From: Felis catus
Taxonomy: Eukaryota
DNA: 64,000 bases
Assembly (NCBI RefSeq): GCF_018350175.1
Contig: NC_058368.1
Location: 217,622,001-217,686,000 of the forward strand
Direction: 5' to 3'
Part shown: in pieces, positions 11,797 through 24,632 of the stretch
Position numbering within the stretch: position 1 is the first letter of the stretch
Layout: the number at the start of each line of letters is the position of its first letter
The notes under the pieces: generated by a model
Databases searched by the model: none
What the model was told of the DNA's origin: nothing
The model's input: the letters and a program-made list of their open reading frames with translations, nothing else
Translations under genes and position numbers: made by a program

Positions 11797-13816
11797 TACA
11801 GTAAGAAAAGGGAGAAAGACCGTAACTGTGTAGCGCAGACACTGGACAAACACAAAGTCAACTAAGTTAGCGTCAACGGTGATATATCATGATTACAGAA
11901 TATATCCTTGAAACGTGATGAAAAAGGCCACTGCTGTGGTCTTTCTCCCCAAAACACATAATCCTAGAATAATCATGAGAAAGAACATGAGATAAAGTCC
12001 AAAAAAGGGATATATCACTAGATACATGACATACACTCTCAGAACTATGGAGATAATAAAAAACAGAAAGTCTGAGAACCTGTCACAGTACAAAGGAGTT
12101 TAAGGAGCATGAGGACTAAATGTAATGTGGGGGCAGATAAGAGATATGCGGTAAAAAGCAAGGGACTCTGAATAAGATATACACTTTAATAATAATTTAT
12201 CAATATTCGTCCATTATTGTAACAAATATACCACAATATGAGGTTAATAACTGAAACTAAGTGTGAGGATGTGGGAAGTGATAGAGATAGCTTTGTAATT
12301 TTTGTGTAAATAAAAATATTCTAAAAACATTATTAATATACATGGAGAGGATTAGAAGAACATACCTATTATTTGTACATTTACTGCACATTGTACATTT
12401 GTATATTGCTGCTTGTATAGCTGCTTTGATGATATGTGGGCAGTATTATGACTCACTGTGATCATCTGTTCTAAAATCTCATTATTTCAATTATATGTAT
12501 TCAATGTATTAGTTTCTTGTAAGAAACAAAAACTAATCATTTCCATAATAAAATCCAACTGTGATTTGGATTGTCTGCTACTTCTTTTAGTTTTATGACA
12601 AGTGTTTCATTTAGAAATTTATTCTTAGCTCCATGAACAATAATGATTGTCATATCTTTCTGAGATAATGTCCCCTTCAGTGTTACTAAGTTTCTTCTGT
12701 ATTATTTCTTAAAGTTTATTTTGTTTAATTTTAATATAGCCCTACATGCTTTCTTATAATTAGTATTTATGACATTTTTATTTTTTTACTTTAAATTCAT
12801 TTATACTATCATGTTGAAGGCTTGGCTCTTGTAATCTACATATACTTAAGTACCTTTTTGTAGTGGATTCTAATAGTCTTCTTACTTGAGGTTTTAAGCC
12901 CACTGATACTGATGTAATCACTAATATGTTTGTGTTTATATACTGCTGGCCTTCTTGCTTTACATTTGCTCTAATTATTCACCATTTACCTCTTGTTTCT
13001 TGCCTTTGTTTATGGAAAAATATTTCTCTTTGTCTCAACTTTCTTTTTGTCTACGAATTAGCATTTCATTTTATTTCCACAGTTGCCATTTTAGCTTTAT
13101 CTCCTTGTATTATTTAGCAGTTGCCCTGAGGATTATAAAAGGAATATAAGGATAAGGGTTATATCCACCCTTAACTTATTCAAGTCTAACTGGAATATGA
13201 TGTCATTACTACATAGTGTTAAAACTTGGTGAAAGCAGAATTCCATTTACTTTGCTATTATTGTTATGTATGTTATGTTTACTATGCTATATAAATTTTA
13301 TAATATGTTGATGTTATACAAGATTTAAACAGCCATTTTTCTTTTAAAAATACTCTAAGATAATCTCTTATGCCAGCTGTTTTGCTCTCATGAAGTCTCC
13401 TCATTTCTTTCTTTATGTCAAGGATCCAATTTAGCATTATTTCCATTCAGCCTAAAGATATCTATTTAGTATTGCTTGAAGTGAAAGTCTTATTGCAGTG
13501 AATTCGCTCAGCATTTTTTTTCTCTCTCAAAATACTATTTCTTAATTTTTGAAGGTTATTTTTACTAAACAGTTCTGGCTTCCATTATTTCTAATATGAA
13601 ATCAGCTGTCTTTCTTGTTATATTTTTTAACCTAAACTTATGTTTATTCCTTGGATGCTTTTAAGATTTTTTTTACCATTATCTCTTAAAAAATATTCTC
13701 TGTCATATTCTTTTCTGCCTTTTGCAACTGTAAGTGCATGAACATTATTCCAATTACATGTATGTCTGTTAGTAGCTCACATATTGGGATTGTCTGTGTT
13801 TCTGTTTCCATTGGAG

Positions 13817-13872
<56 letters not shown>

Positions 13873-13950
13873 GTATATATATACACACATGTATATGTAA
13901 ACATATATATTAAATATATATTAACATATATATATATTAAATATATATTT
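13817..13950. repeat. Compound (TA)n(CA)n / TA-rich repeat
   Basis: Direct reading. Confidence 0.95.
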
Positions 13951-14129
13951 AAAAAACACATTTTCCTAGAACTTAGTAATTGATATATACTACTATATTA
14001 TTATATTCTGGGAATTGTAGATGATACAGTCTTCTTGTCAAACATTGTTTTAAGAACTGTTTGAATGGGTCCATTTTAGTTTGTCTATTTTTAAAGAATT
14101 TTCATTTTTTAAGTTTTATTAAATCCTGT

Positions 14130-14228
14130 CGATTTTTTTAAGTAAGCTCTATACCCAATGTGGGGTTTGAACTTACAACCCCAAGATCAAGAGTCACATG
14201 CTCTACTGACTGAGCCATCAAGGCACCC
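14130..14228 (-). mobile_element. Short CAN-SINE / tRNA-derived SINE head
   Basis: 'ggggtttgaacttacaacccc..gactgagccatcaaggcaccc'. Confidence 0.75.
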
Positions 14229-15198
14229 TCCGTATTTTTTTTCTTAGGATGTATTCTTCACTCATAGACACAGTTGTTTCTCCCAAGGCATGGCTTTTCT
14301 CAATTCTTAACACCTACAACATTCAGTTAAGACTGAACCATTCTGGCGGTGCCCAAACTCCTCTCTTCCCATTCTTTGTAATCGGTGAAATTCTCTATTA
14401 AAATTTTAGATCCCCAGAAATTTTCTATGCTAAGCCTCTGTGGACATGTACACTATATGATTCTACCATATTTACACAGATGCTCTGACTGGAGCACTCT
14501 GTGGCTCTCGCCCCTTTGTATCCTGTCTAACAAATCGGTGCCACAGTAACAGCCCTGAATTCCCATCTCTGTTTTTCTCTGCCTGGCAGATTTGCCACTC
14601 TCTGTACATACTCCACATCCCTACCGTAAAATTTTTCCCAGGCAAACTGGTAGAATGAATTTATAACTCATTTTGTTGCTTCCCTTCTGTTGTGTAATTC
14701 CTAAAAACAGCGACTTCATGTAGTTTGTCTAGATTTTTAGTTGCTTACTATGAGAGGGTCTGTCCAGCTAATGCTTCTTTAGTCAAAACTGGAAATCTTT
14801 ATGGCATAACTACATCGCATATCAGTGGTCTTATATTTAATTTTCATTTACCCAAAACTGCGTATTAATATATTAGTTATAAACCCAATACTTAATACAA
14901 GTAAATTTAAAGATAATTCAATTTATCTGAAATAAAGAAGAAAAATCTGCCTTGAAGACTGCTGCACAACACACTATTTTTAATATATTGGACATATATT
15001 TTAACATTATTAAGACATCAGAAGTATTATTAATCATTATTTTTAGTGCCTGTCAGCTATAGCTCTTATATCATTCCTCTTTAAAAACTGAACAGTTAGA
15101 AAATTCCACATATGTATTTTTTTAGGAATATGTGAAGATTGTTGATAATAAGAGTTGGACGATGTACCATACTTTTGAAATTAAAAACATGTTAAACA

Positions 15199-15338
15199 GG
15201 GGCTCCTGGTGGCTCAGTTGGTTCAGCACCCTACTCTTGCTCTCTGCTCAGGTCATTATATCCTGGTTGGGAGATCGAGCCCCGCATCAGGCTCCGTGCT
15301 GGGTGTGGAGTTTCTCTCTCTCCCTCTCCCCTTCTCCT

Positions 15339-15385
<47 letters not shown>

Positions 15386-15465
15386 CCCCCCCGTCTCTCT
15401 CTCTCTCTCTCCTTCCTCTTTTTCTCTTTTGCATGTGCGTGTGCAAAATAAATGAATAAAAATAA
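15199..15465 (+). mobile_element. CAN-SINE with long (CT)n
   Basis: Head 'ggggctcctggtggctcagttggtt'; degenerate TSD aaacat(g/t)ttaaaca. Confidence 0.92.
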
Positions 15466-15575
15466 ACATTTTAAACAAAATTTAAAACAAGCAAGTAATC
15501 AAAAAACTCTTACATTCCTAAAAGAAAATGGATTAGGAATAAATTTGCTTGGATTTTGCAAATTTTGCCTTCAAT

Positions 15576-15589
15576 TGTAGTCATCTACA

Positions 15590-15636
<47 letters not shown>

Positions 15637-16150
15637 TACATATATATGTATACATATACAGATACATATATATGTATCTGTACATGTACATATGCATACA
15701 TATACAGATACATATATATGTATACACATATATATATGTTTTATGTAATATATATAGATATATATTATAAGAAATTGGTTTATATGATTATGGAGGCTGG
15801 GAAGTCCCAAGATCTGCAGTTGGTAAGCCAGAGATTAAGGAGAATCAATGACATAGTTTCACTGGGAGTCTGAAGACCTGAAAGTGTTACGTTCCGGTCT
15901 GAGTCTAAAGGCAGAAGAAGATCAACGTCCCAGCTCAAACACAGTCAGGCAGAGAAAGCAAATTCTGTTTCTCAGGTTTTCAATGGATTGGATGATTCAT
16001 ACCTAAAATGGGGAGAGTAACCTGCTTTACCTGGCCCATCAATTCCAATATTAATCTCATCCAGAAACACCCTCAGATACACTCAGAATAATGTTTAACC
16101 AAAGATCTGGGCATCCAATGGCACAATCTGACACATAAAATTAACCATGG
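15576..16150 (-). mobile_element. MLT2-type LTR (3' LTR of an ERV-L) with internal TA-rich expansion
   Basis: Characteristic 'attatggaggctgggaagtcccaagatctgcag' and terminal 'tgacacataaaattaaccat'; directly adjoins ERV-L internal sequence. Confidence 0.85.
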
Positions 16151-18710
16151 TAAGGCCACTTCTTCTTAACTTGGCACTCACACATATCTCCTTAAGTCAT
16201 GCTAATCTCAAAGAAAGACAATAACAAGGTCATAATTCTGCCTAACAGAATACAACTATTCTGCACACAACTGGGATTACACTAACCCCTTTCCAGAAGA
16301 GGTATAGTCCTTTAGTGATGTGTATTCTTCTCCTTGGTATCTTGTAACATAAATACAATAATGTAAAATTAATAGTATTTAAATACTGTGATAACAAGTT
16401 CATGTATCTTATGTTACATGATAAAGGAAAAAGATGGGAAAAAGCAAAGAAATTTGTTTATAAAAAACACACTGTATTCATAACAAAATAAGGAGTAAGT
16501 ACTCATGACAATGAGTCATTCTATAACTAGATACATTCTGTAACTAACAAATAACTGGTATTTGTAACTGCTTTCCTCCACTACCCAGTCTGTATTCCCT
16601 TTGCCTTCAGGAAGCACCTAATCTGGTTATGGCTCTTTCTCTGGCGGGGTGATTCAAACCTTGATTCCTGAAGGGTCTGGAACACTAGTAGTCTTTTATG
16701 GACTGGGTTGTTGTAGTTTTTCATTGATCTTAATCACAGGGCATAGTAATACTAAGAGACACTCTAAGGGATCTCTTGTATTTCAAGTACTGTTCCTTGC
16801 CTCCATTTCCCCATTATAGTCAGAACCAATCACTTTGGCAATACAATAACTCTATTATTTGCCTATTGATTTAGAGGCATGAGGAGTCCAACAATCTTAG
16901 CTTACCATTCAATGAAATTATTTTTTTGTCTCCTGGTGGGAAAATTTCCCCATCTCTCTAGAACTAAGAACTCTAGGCCAGCATAGCATAAGGTCTCAGG
17001 AACAGGGAATAAAAATTTTGCTAGTGGGTTACTAGGGGTAATAGTGAAAGATGCCTCTCCCATTTCCACTCCTTAATTCTTGGACCTGTGAATCCTGAAA
17101 CAACACCATTTGTTGGATGCTGATTCAGAGCATATGTAGCCTTCAAGATAAACTCACCCCAGCTCTGCAAGGCATCAGCACCTAGCTGTCATAGTAACAG
17201 AGTCTTCTAAAGGTCATTCCATCATTGTGCCAAATCAGCTGCTTCAGGATGGTGTGGACCATGGACCACGGTAAGAACAGTGAATCCCAAGAGTATTTAC
17301 TTATTGTTGCATTTGTTTCACTGTGAAGTGATTTGCTTGATCAGAACTAATACTGTATGGAATACCATTAAGACATGCTGTAAGTCTATGGATGGTAATT
17401 TTGGCAGAATCACTGTGTTCAGGGAAGGCAAATACATATCCAGTGTAAGTGTCTATTCCAGGAGTAATAATAGTAGTAATAATAATAGTAATAATAATTA
17501 AAAAAAACCCAAAAACATTGTCCCAACACACCTGGGTAGCTCAGTAGGTTATATGTCCAACTCTTGGCTTTAGCTCAGGTCATGATCTCACAGTCTTGTG
17601 AGTTTGTGCCCCATGTCGGGCTCTGTGTTGGCAGCGTAGAACCTGCTTGGAATTCTCTCTATTCCTGTCACTCTTTGCCCCTTTCCTGCTCATGCTCTCT
17701 GTATCTCTCAAAATAAATAAATAAGCTTAAAACAAAACAAAACAAAACAAAACAATAGCATCATACCTTTCAGGATGGAAGCATTCCCGTGTAATTGACT
17801 AGTTATCAGGAAGCTGGATGATCACCCAAGGAAATGGCACCATATTGGAGGCTCAATGTTGGTCTCTACTGCTTGCACATTGGGCATTTAACAGTAACTG
17901 TAGCCAGATGGTCCTTAGTCAGTGGATGTTCAAGTTGTTAAACCCATGTATAACTTCCACTCCTGCCACCGTGGCCGCTTTGTTCATGAGCCCATTAGGA
18001 AACGACAAAACTGGCTGAGGAAAGAGATTGACTTGTATACACAGACCAAATCACCCTATCTTCTCAGGTGCTGGGCCCCACTCAAAACTAGCAGCTTTTC
18101 AGGTGTTTCAGTAAATGGATAGAAATAACATATCCAAATGAAAAATACTCTACCTCCAAAGACCACGAGGTATTGGGCTTCTGTTTTGGTTGGAGGATAG
18201 GGAAGATACAGCAATTTATCTTTTACTACAGAATGGATTTAGGATCCCACTGGGCCCACTATTAGACAGATGTCAGGTAAAACTCCATCAATCACCTGAT
18301 CACCTGACTTCCTCATACCTCTACTCTGGTTGGCAGATCACACTGATTTTGGTTTTCTGGAGTCAATGAGAATTCAGAGCTTGTGTCCAGGACTCCTCAG
18401 GTGTCTGATTACTTCCTTTTTATCCAGCACACAGTTACCTTGGTAAAAGGCATAGGCCCATTTGCGGAAGGCCAGGAGAAAGACTAATAGTATGAATGTT
18501 CAGGCATGTACTGGGGACCTTCCTCAAGAAGACTTGAGCATCCCTTTCATTCAAAGGGTCTGGGTCTGTTAACTGGCTCAAGTCTGGGGATGGACTGAGG
18601 AGTCATGACTCTCTTGTTTTTACCTTCAAGTTAGTCTTTTGTTTTTTTGATCTTGAACTCTGCTGCTTTTATAGATCAAGGGAGAATTTGGTAGACTTCT
18701 TCCTATCTAT
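16151..18710 (-). mobile_element. ERV-L internal fragment (gag end/protease, RT C-terminal piece, integrase, dUTPase region), internally deleted and interrupted by a SINE
   Basis: ORF 17301-17531 contains GIDTYTGYVFAF..SAKITI..GIPYSISSDQANHFT (ERV-L integrase core); protease-like LDT-SEL near 18370-18395. Confidence 0.88.
17525..17755 (+). mobile_element. CAN-SINE inside ERV-L integrase
   Basis: 'cacctgggtagctcagtaggtta' head, (AAAAC)n tail. Confidence 0.9.
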
Positions 18711-19812
18711 ATACGCATCTATATAATTTAAATTTTTAGCTTATTTTGCATGTACATTTAAATTTTTCAAATTTCTAAAAACAACTGTAGCTGGCAAAAT
18801 TATGATACTGTTGATTTTGTACAAAACATGCTACTGTTGGACAATAATAGCTAGCATTTTAAAACATTATTTAGGATTTATTGTGCTATCATGGTTTTAT
18901 TCAAGTTTAAAAGAGGCAAATAAGTTATTTCCAGGGAGGGAGGACTACTTGGTACATTGAGATCTGAAGAAAATAACTATATTTTGGTACTCAGGAATTT
19001 TATGTGGGCTTTGTTCTATAAGAGATAAGCAATAGTCATAAGATTTCTACTTTATTTTCATTGATCCTATAAAATTGCTGAGTGTTGATTCCATATAGAA
19101 GATACTATACTTACGTTATAATAGGTTTTGCTATTGATTTCTATCAACTCTAAGGGTGTAATTGAAAATTAATAATGTACATGATGGAAAAATCCAATAT
19201 TTTAATATAGCATCTTTTGTTTTTTTTGTTAGATTACACCAGATAATAAATATTGTGTTTTCATTCTTAAAATGAAATTGTAAATTAAAGACACTGCTTT
19301 AAAATGTGTGCTTGATTTTATGTGACATAATTCTTTTAAAATGATAGTTTATTTTATTTTCTTATGGCATTTTAAATTAAGAGAATAAAGAGTACACATA
19401 AAATATCATGGCAGACATTCTAACGGATAGGAATAGGATGTAAATCTAAATTATGATTTCAATATAGGAATGACTAAAATATAATTCTATTGCAAATATT
19501 TCATTTTGTAATTAAAATTCAATATTTTCAGACCACAAACTTATTCTGAAAATTCTGTAGTTCCATTACTATTTTAATTTCTCTCTGGACACCATATTCA
19601 GTCCAAGCAGCATAATTTTAATACTGAAGTTTTCTTGAAATTTTTAAAATCAAATATAAAATCATTCAGAGAAAATTGTAGTGATTATAATTACCATGTT
19701 TGTCTGAATATTTTTTCAGCCTTCAACATACTTTAAATGAGGAGAAATGTTTAAAAAGTGAGTGGTTTCCATTGGTATTTGAATCTAAGTAAGATATAAA
19801 AATATAACTCCT

Positions 19813-20005
19813 GGGGCAGCTGGGTGGCCCAGTGGGTTAAGCATCTTACTCTTGATCTCTACTTAAGTCATAATCTCACAGTTCATGAGTTAAAGTCCCA
19901 CATCAGGCTCTGCTCTGATGGTGCAGAGGCTGCTTGGGATTCTGTCTCTCCTTCTCTCTGCCTCTCCCCTGTTTGTGCTCTCGCTCTGTTTCAAAAAAAA
20001 TAAAC
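19813..20005 (+). mobile_element. CAN-SINE followed by (GAATAT)n
   Basis: Head 'ggggcagctgggtggcccagtgggttaag'. Confidence 0.9.
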
Positions 20006-20489
20006 ATGGATATGAATATGAATATGAATATGAATATAAATATAAGTATATATCCCAATGTACCACTGGTTGCAGCCTACATAACCTGCAAAAAGAAGGA
20101 AGATCTCTCCCTGCCCCAGCAACAATACACTAATCAGCACTTGAAGCCAATGAGAAGCAGCCACAACCTCAAAATTTTGTTCTTCTCCAATGAACTTTTG
20201 TTTAAAAAACAATCTTCCTCAATTTCCTCCTAAAACCTAACAAAAGCTGACCGTCACTTTTTCTCAGATTTGCCTATAGCTTGCCCCAGTTTGCTTGTCC
20301 TGAATTAGAGTTCTTCTTCTCTTCCTGAATAAACTCATTTTTCTAATAAAATACCTGGCAATTTTTTTTAGGTTGACATATTGGAATTATGTTAAATACA
20401 TGGAAAACTAAAAAGGAATGATATACAAAAAATTAAAAATACTTTGTATTCATATGTATATATGTAAAATTTCCATTGACGTTGTTTTT

Positions 20490-22180
20490 CTCCAGTTTTG
20501 ATTTAATTTCCAATTAGTTAACATACAGTGTAATGTTAGCTTCAGGATTAGAATTTAGTGATTCAACTCTTACATACAACACCCTATTCTCAACACAGTA
20601 CCCTCCTTAATCCCTATCACCCATTTCATCCATCCCCCCCACCCACTTACCCTCTGGTAACCATCACTTTGCTCCTTACAGTTAAGAGTCTGTTCCTTGG
20701 CTTTCCTTTCTTTCCCCCACACCTCACCCATGTTCTTTTGTTTTGTTTCTTAAATTCTACAAATGAGTGAAATCATATGGTATTTGTCTTTCTATAACTG
20801 ACTTATTTTGCTCAGCATAATACTCTCTAGCTCTATCCACATTGTTGCAAATGGCAAGATTTTATTGTGTAGTCACACACACACACACACACACATATAT
20901 TATATATGTCACTTCTTTATCCATTCATCTATAGACATGAACATTTGGGCTTTTTCCATAATTTGGCTATTATTGATCATGCTGCTTTAAATTTCAGAGT
21001 GCATGTATTCCCTCAAATTAGTATTTTTGTATCCTTTGGGTAAATACCTAGTAGGCAGTTGCTGGATTGTAGGATGACTCTATTTTAGCTTTTTGAGGAA
21101 ACTCCATGCTGTTTTCCAGAGTGACTGCACCAGTTTTCATTCCCACCAGCAGTGCAAGAGGGTTCCCCTTTCTCTGCATCTTCGCCAACACCTGTTGTTT
21201 CCTGTGTTGTTGATTTTAGCCATTCTGATAGGTGTGAGATGATATCTCATTGTAGTTTTGATTTGTATTTCCCTGATGATCAGTGATGTTGAGCATCTTT
21301 TCATGTGTCTGTTAGTTATCTGCATGTATTCTTTGGGAAGATGTCTATTCGTGTCTTCTGCTGATTTTAATTGGATTATTTTGGGGGGGTGTAGAGTTTT
21401 ATATATATATTGCATATTAACCCTTTATCACAGATGTCATTTGCAAATATCTTTTCTCCCATTCTGTAGTTTGCTTTTTAGTTTTGTTGATTGTTTCCTT
21501 AATTGTGCAGAAGCTTTTGATCTTGATAAAGTTCCACTAGTTCATGTTTGCTTTTGTTTCCCTTGCCTCTAGTGACGTATCCTAGCAACTTCTATGGCCC
21601 ATGTAAAGAAGTTACTGCCTGTGTTCTCTTCTAGGATTTTTATGGTTTCAGGTCTCATATTTAGGGCCTTAATCCATTTTCAATATTTTTATGTATGGTG
21701 TAAGAAAGTTGTCTAGCTTCATCCTTTTGCATTTTGCTGTCCAGTTTTCCCAACACCATTTGTTGAAGAGACTGTATTTTACCCATTGGATATTCTTTCC
21801 TGCTTTGTTAAAGATTAACTGACCATATAGCTGTGGCTTCATTTCTGGGTTTTCTATTCTGTTCCATTGATTTATATGTCTATTTTTGTGCCAGTACCAT
21901 AATGTTTTACTACACCTTTATAATATAACTTGAAGTCCAGAATTGTGATGCCTCCAGATTTGCTTTTCTTATTCAAGGTTGCTTTAGTTATTCAGGGTGT
22001 TTTGTGGTTCCATACAAATTTTTAGATTGTTTTTTCTAGCTCTATGAAAAATGCTATTGGTATTTTGATACAGATTGCATTAAATGTGTAGATTGTTTTG
22101 GGTAGTATAGACATTTCAATGATATTTGTTCTTCCAATCCATGAGCATGGAATGTCTTCCACATTTTTGTCACCTTCAAT
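20490..22180 (-). mobile_element. Carnivore L1 3' fragment (ORF2 3' part and 3' UTR), older
   Basis: ORF 21137-21415 [43 protein letters not shown]; frameshifted. Confidence 0.92.
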
Positions 22181-22875
22181 GAAATCCTAGCAATTTAAAA
22201 GAATAATATCAATCGTTCTCTTTGGAATTTTACAGTTTAGTGGGCACAATAAATAATTTCACCAAATGTGATGAATATCACGATAGGACAATGAAATATG
22301 CTTTGTAACTACAGAGCTGGCATATGTGTTCTAATCTAGAGAGTAGGAAAAGTCATCCTGATTTTAAATGAGATATGATAAATGTTTAATTAGGAGACCA
22401 TGCAGAGAAGAGAAAGGGTGTTAAAGGGTAAGAGGAAAATATGCAATCATCAAGAATAAAAACTGGAACAGTATTCTCTGAGAAATGAAGAAGATAGAAC
22501 AAGGCAAAACAATATAATTGGTTGGTACAGAATGGTAACGAAGTGGGTACAGGTGGCAGTGATGTATCTGGAGATGAGGATAAGATTATGGAAGATGTAT
22601 AAATAAGGCGATAGAGTCCAAAAAATTAGAATAATAAAAGTAAAGATTATTTTTGTAAAGAATATTATGTCTTTTTAATAGAACAGGCTTAAACACACAT
22701 GCACACATACACACACACACACACACATTTGCCCAATAGAACACAAAAATTTGCATGAGTATAACCCAGGTTTGTAAGACTTTAGATTTATGTTTCTCTT
22801 GCCCTGTACCTTGTTGAAGATTTTTAAGCTAAGAGGTAACATGACCAGATTTGTGACATTGAAAATCACCTCCCT

Positions 22876-23084
22876 GGGGCACCTGCATGGCTCAGTTGGT
22901 TAAGTGTCCAACTTCAGCTCATCATGATCTCAAGGTTAGTGAGTTCGAGCTCCATATCAGGCTGTCAGTACAGAGCCCACTTTGGATCCTCTGTCTCCTT
23001 CTCTCTCTGCCCCTCCCCTGATCATGCTTTCTCTCTCGCAAAAATAAATAAACATTTTTTAAAATTATTTAAAAAAAGAAAAGA
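22876..23084 (+). mobile_element. CAN-SINE with TSD aaaatcacct
   Basis: TSD at 22862-22871 and 23085-23094. Confidence 0.92.
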
Positions 23085-24337
23085 AAAATCACCTTTATAA
23101 TGGAAAACTCTTTGGAGTAGACTGCGAGGGGTGGCAGACATTAATTAGGAGATTGCTACAGTGGTCCAGATAAGATACGATGAAGGACAAAACCAGGGTG
23201 ATAGCCAGAGGATGGAGACATATAGATGGGTCGGGAAGGGGTTTCAGAGAAGACTGCATATGATTATTTTGGCACTGAGATTAAAAGTAAAGAAGAGTAA
23301 AATATGCATCCCAAGTTTCTTATTTTGGCTACCATAAAAAAACTATTTAAAAAGTCAAATAATTCAAAGATAGAATGGGACACAGAAATAGGTGGAGCCA
23401 GGAAGTAATGAGAATTTTGGGATATATGATAGAAGACAACATAGTTGTCTTCTAGGGGACAAGCTAGTTAAGACTCAAGTTTCAGAACAGTGTTAGGTTT
23501 GAAAAAATGTCAAGATTTTTTCCAAATCTAAATTTCTGTGAATACATGATCTGTTTGTCTGTTTTAAGTACTCAGTAGACTGCCTCCTACATTAAAAAGT
23601 CTATTTTTTAGTTGGTTATGTACCAGAAGAAAAATAATTTACGAAAAAATATGTATACAGCCAGTGGAAAAGCCCTGTGTTTTTTATATCAATTGAATTT
23701 TAAAGAAGTCTATAAAACATGTCAATTTCCAAACAAACAAACAAACAAACAAAACTAAGGATATCCTGGTTGAAAGTGTCCTCTCCCAAAATCATATAGA
23801 GAAGAATCTTTGAAATAAAATTCCATCCCTCTGATTTCTCTGAAGACAGAGCCTCTGAATCTACAAATATTTTACTGACGAGAGGTAAAATCAGTTTGCA
23901 GTTATGGTATATATTCTAAACTTATCATGAAAAGTTCAAAACGTCTCACATCATCTCTTAGTTTAGTGATATTAAATGTAACCAGGAGTATGTCACTATT
24001 TTATACGCAAGCTCTAGGTTTATGGATGTTTTGTTTTTTCTTGTTAATGTGTCACAGTTTAAATCTTTGAATCATTCAACATTGTGTTTCAAAAGATATA
24101 TTATTCATTTTTATTTCATTGTAAATTTAGTCCCCTATGATGTATAGATGTAATTATTTAAAATTTTTGAGAATGATAAAACTGGAATGTTTAGTAGTCT
24201 CACCTGAAAATTAAGATAACAACTGTGATCGTTGTTTTAATGACATTATGTGAAGAGTTGATATGTGCCAAAATTAATTTTTTTCTGTAATAGCAATGCA
24301 TGTATTTATAGAACTTTTCTTTTCTGCCTCTCTGAAG

Positions 24338-24632
24338 CTTCACACTGACCAAGATAAAGGAGATGGAAATTTAAAATACATATTAACAGGAGATGGGGCT
24401 GGCAGTCTGTTCGTTATAGATGAAAATACAGGAGATATTCATGCTGCAAAGAAATTAGACAGAGAAGAAAAATCCCTATACATTCTTCGTGCCAAGGCTA
24501 TAGACAGAAAGACTGGGCGGCAGGTGGAGCCGGAATCTGAATTTATTATTAAAATCCATGATATCAATGACAATGAACCAAAATTCACAAAAGACTTATA
24601 CACTGCCAGTGTTCCTGAAATGTCTGGAGTCG
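24338..24632 (+). CDS. CDH9: Cadherin-9 coding exon, EC1 (first coding exon in window, 295 nt)
   Basis: ctgaag|CTT...GTCG|gtaggt; encodes [22 protein letters not shown]...LDREEK...DINDNEP...PEMSGV with DRE and DxNDN cadherin motifs; starts phase 0, ends phase 1. Confidence 0.97.

Larger units (their letters stand above)
8045..14760. mobile_element. Nested cluster of old L1M-type fragments in both orientations, interrupted by SINEs
   Basis: L1 endonuclease-region-like sequence at 9600-10068 (+), L1MC/MD-like 3' sequence at 9100-9550 (-) and 11000-12330 (+); internal boundaries uncertain. Confidence 0.6.
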
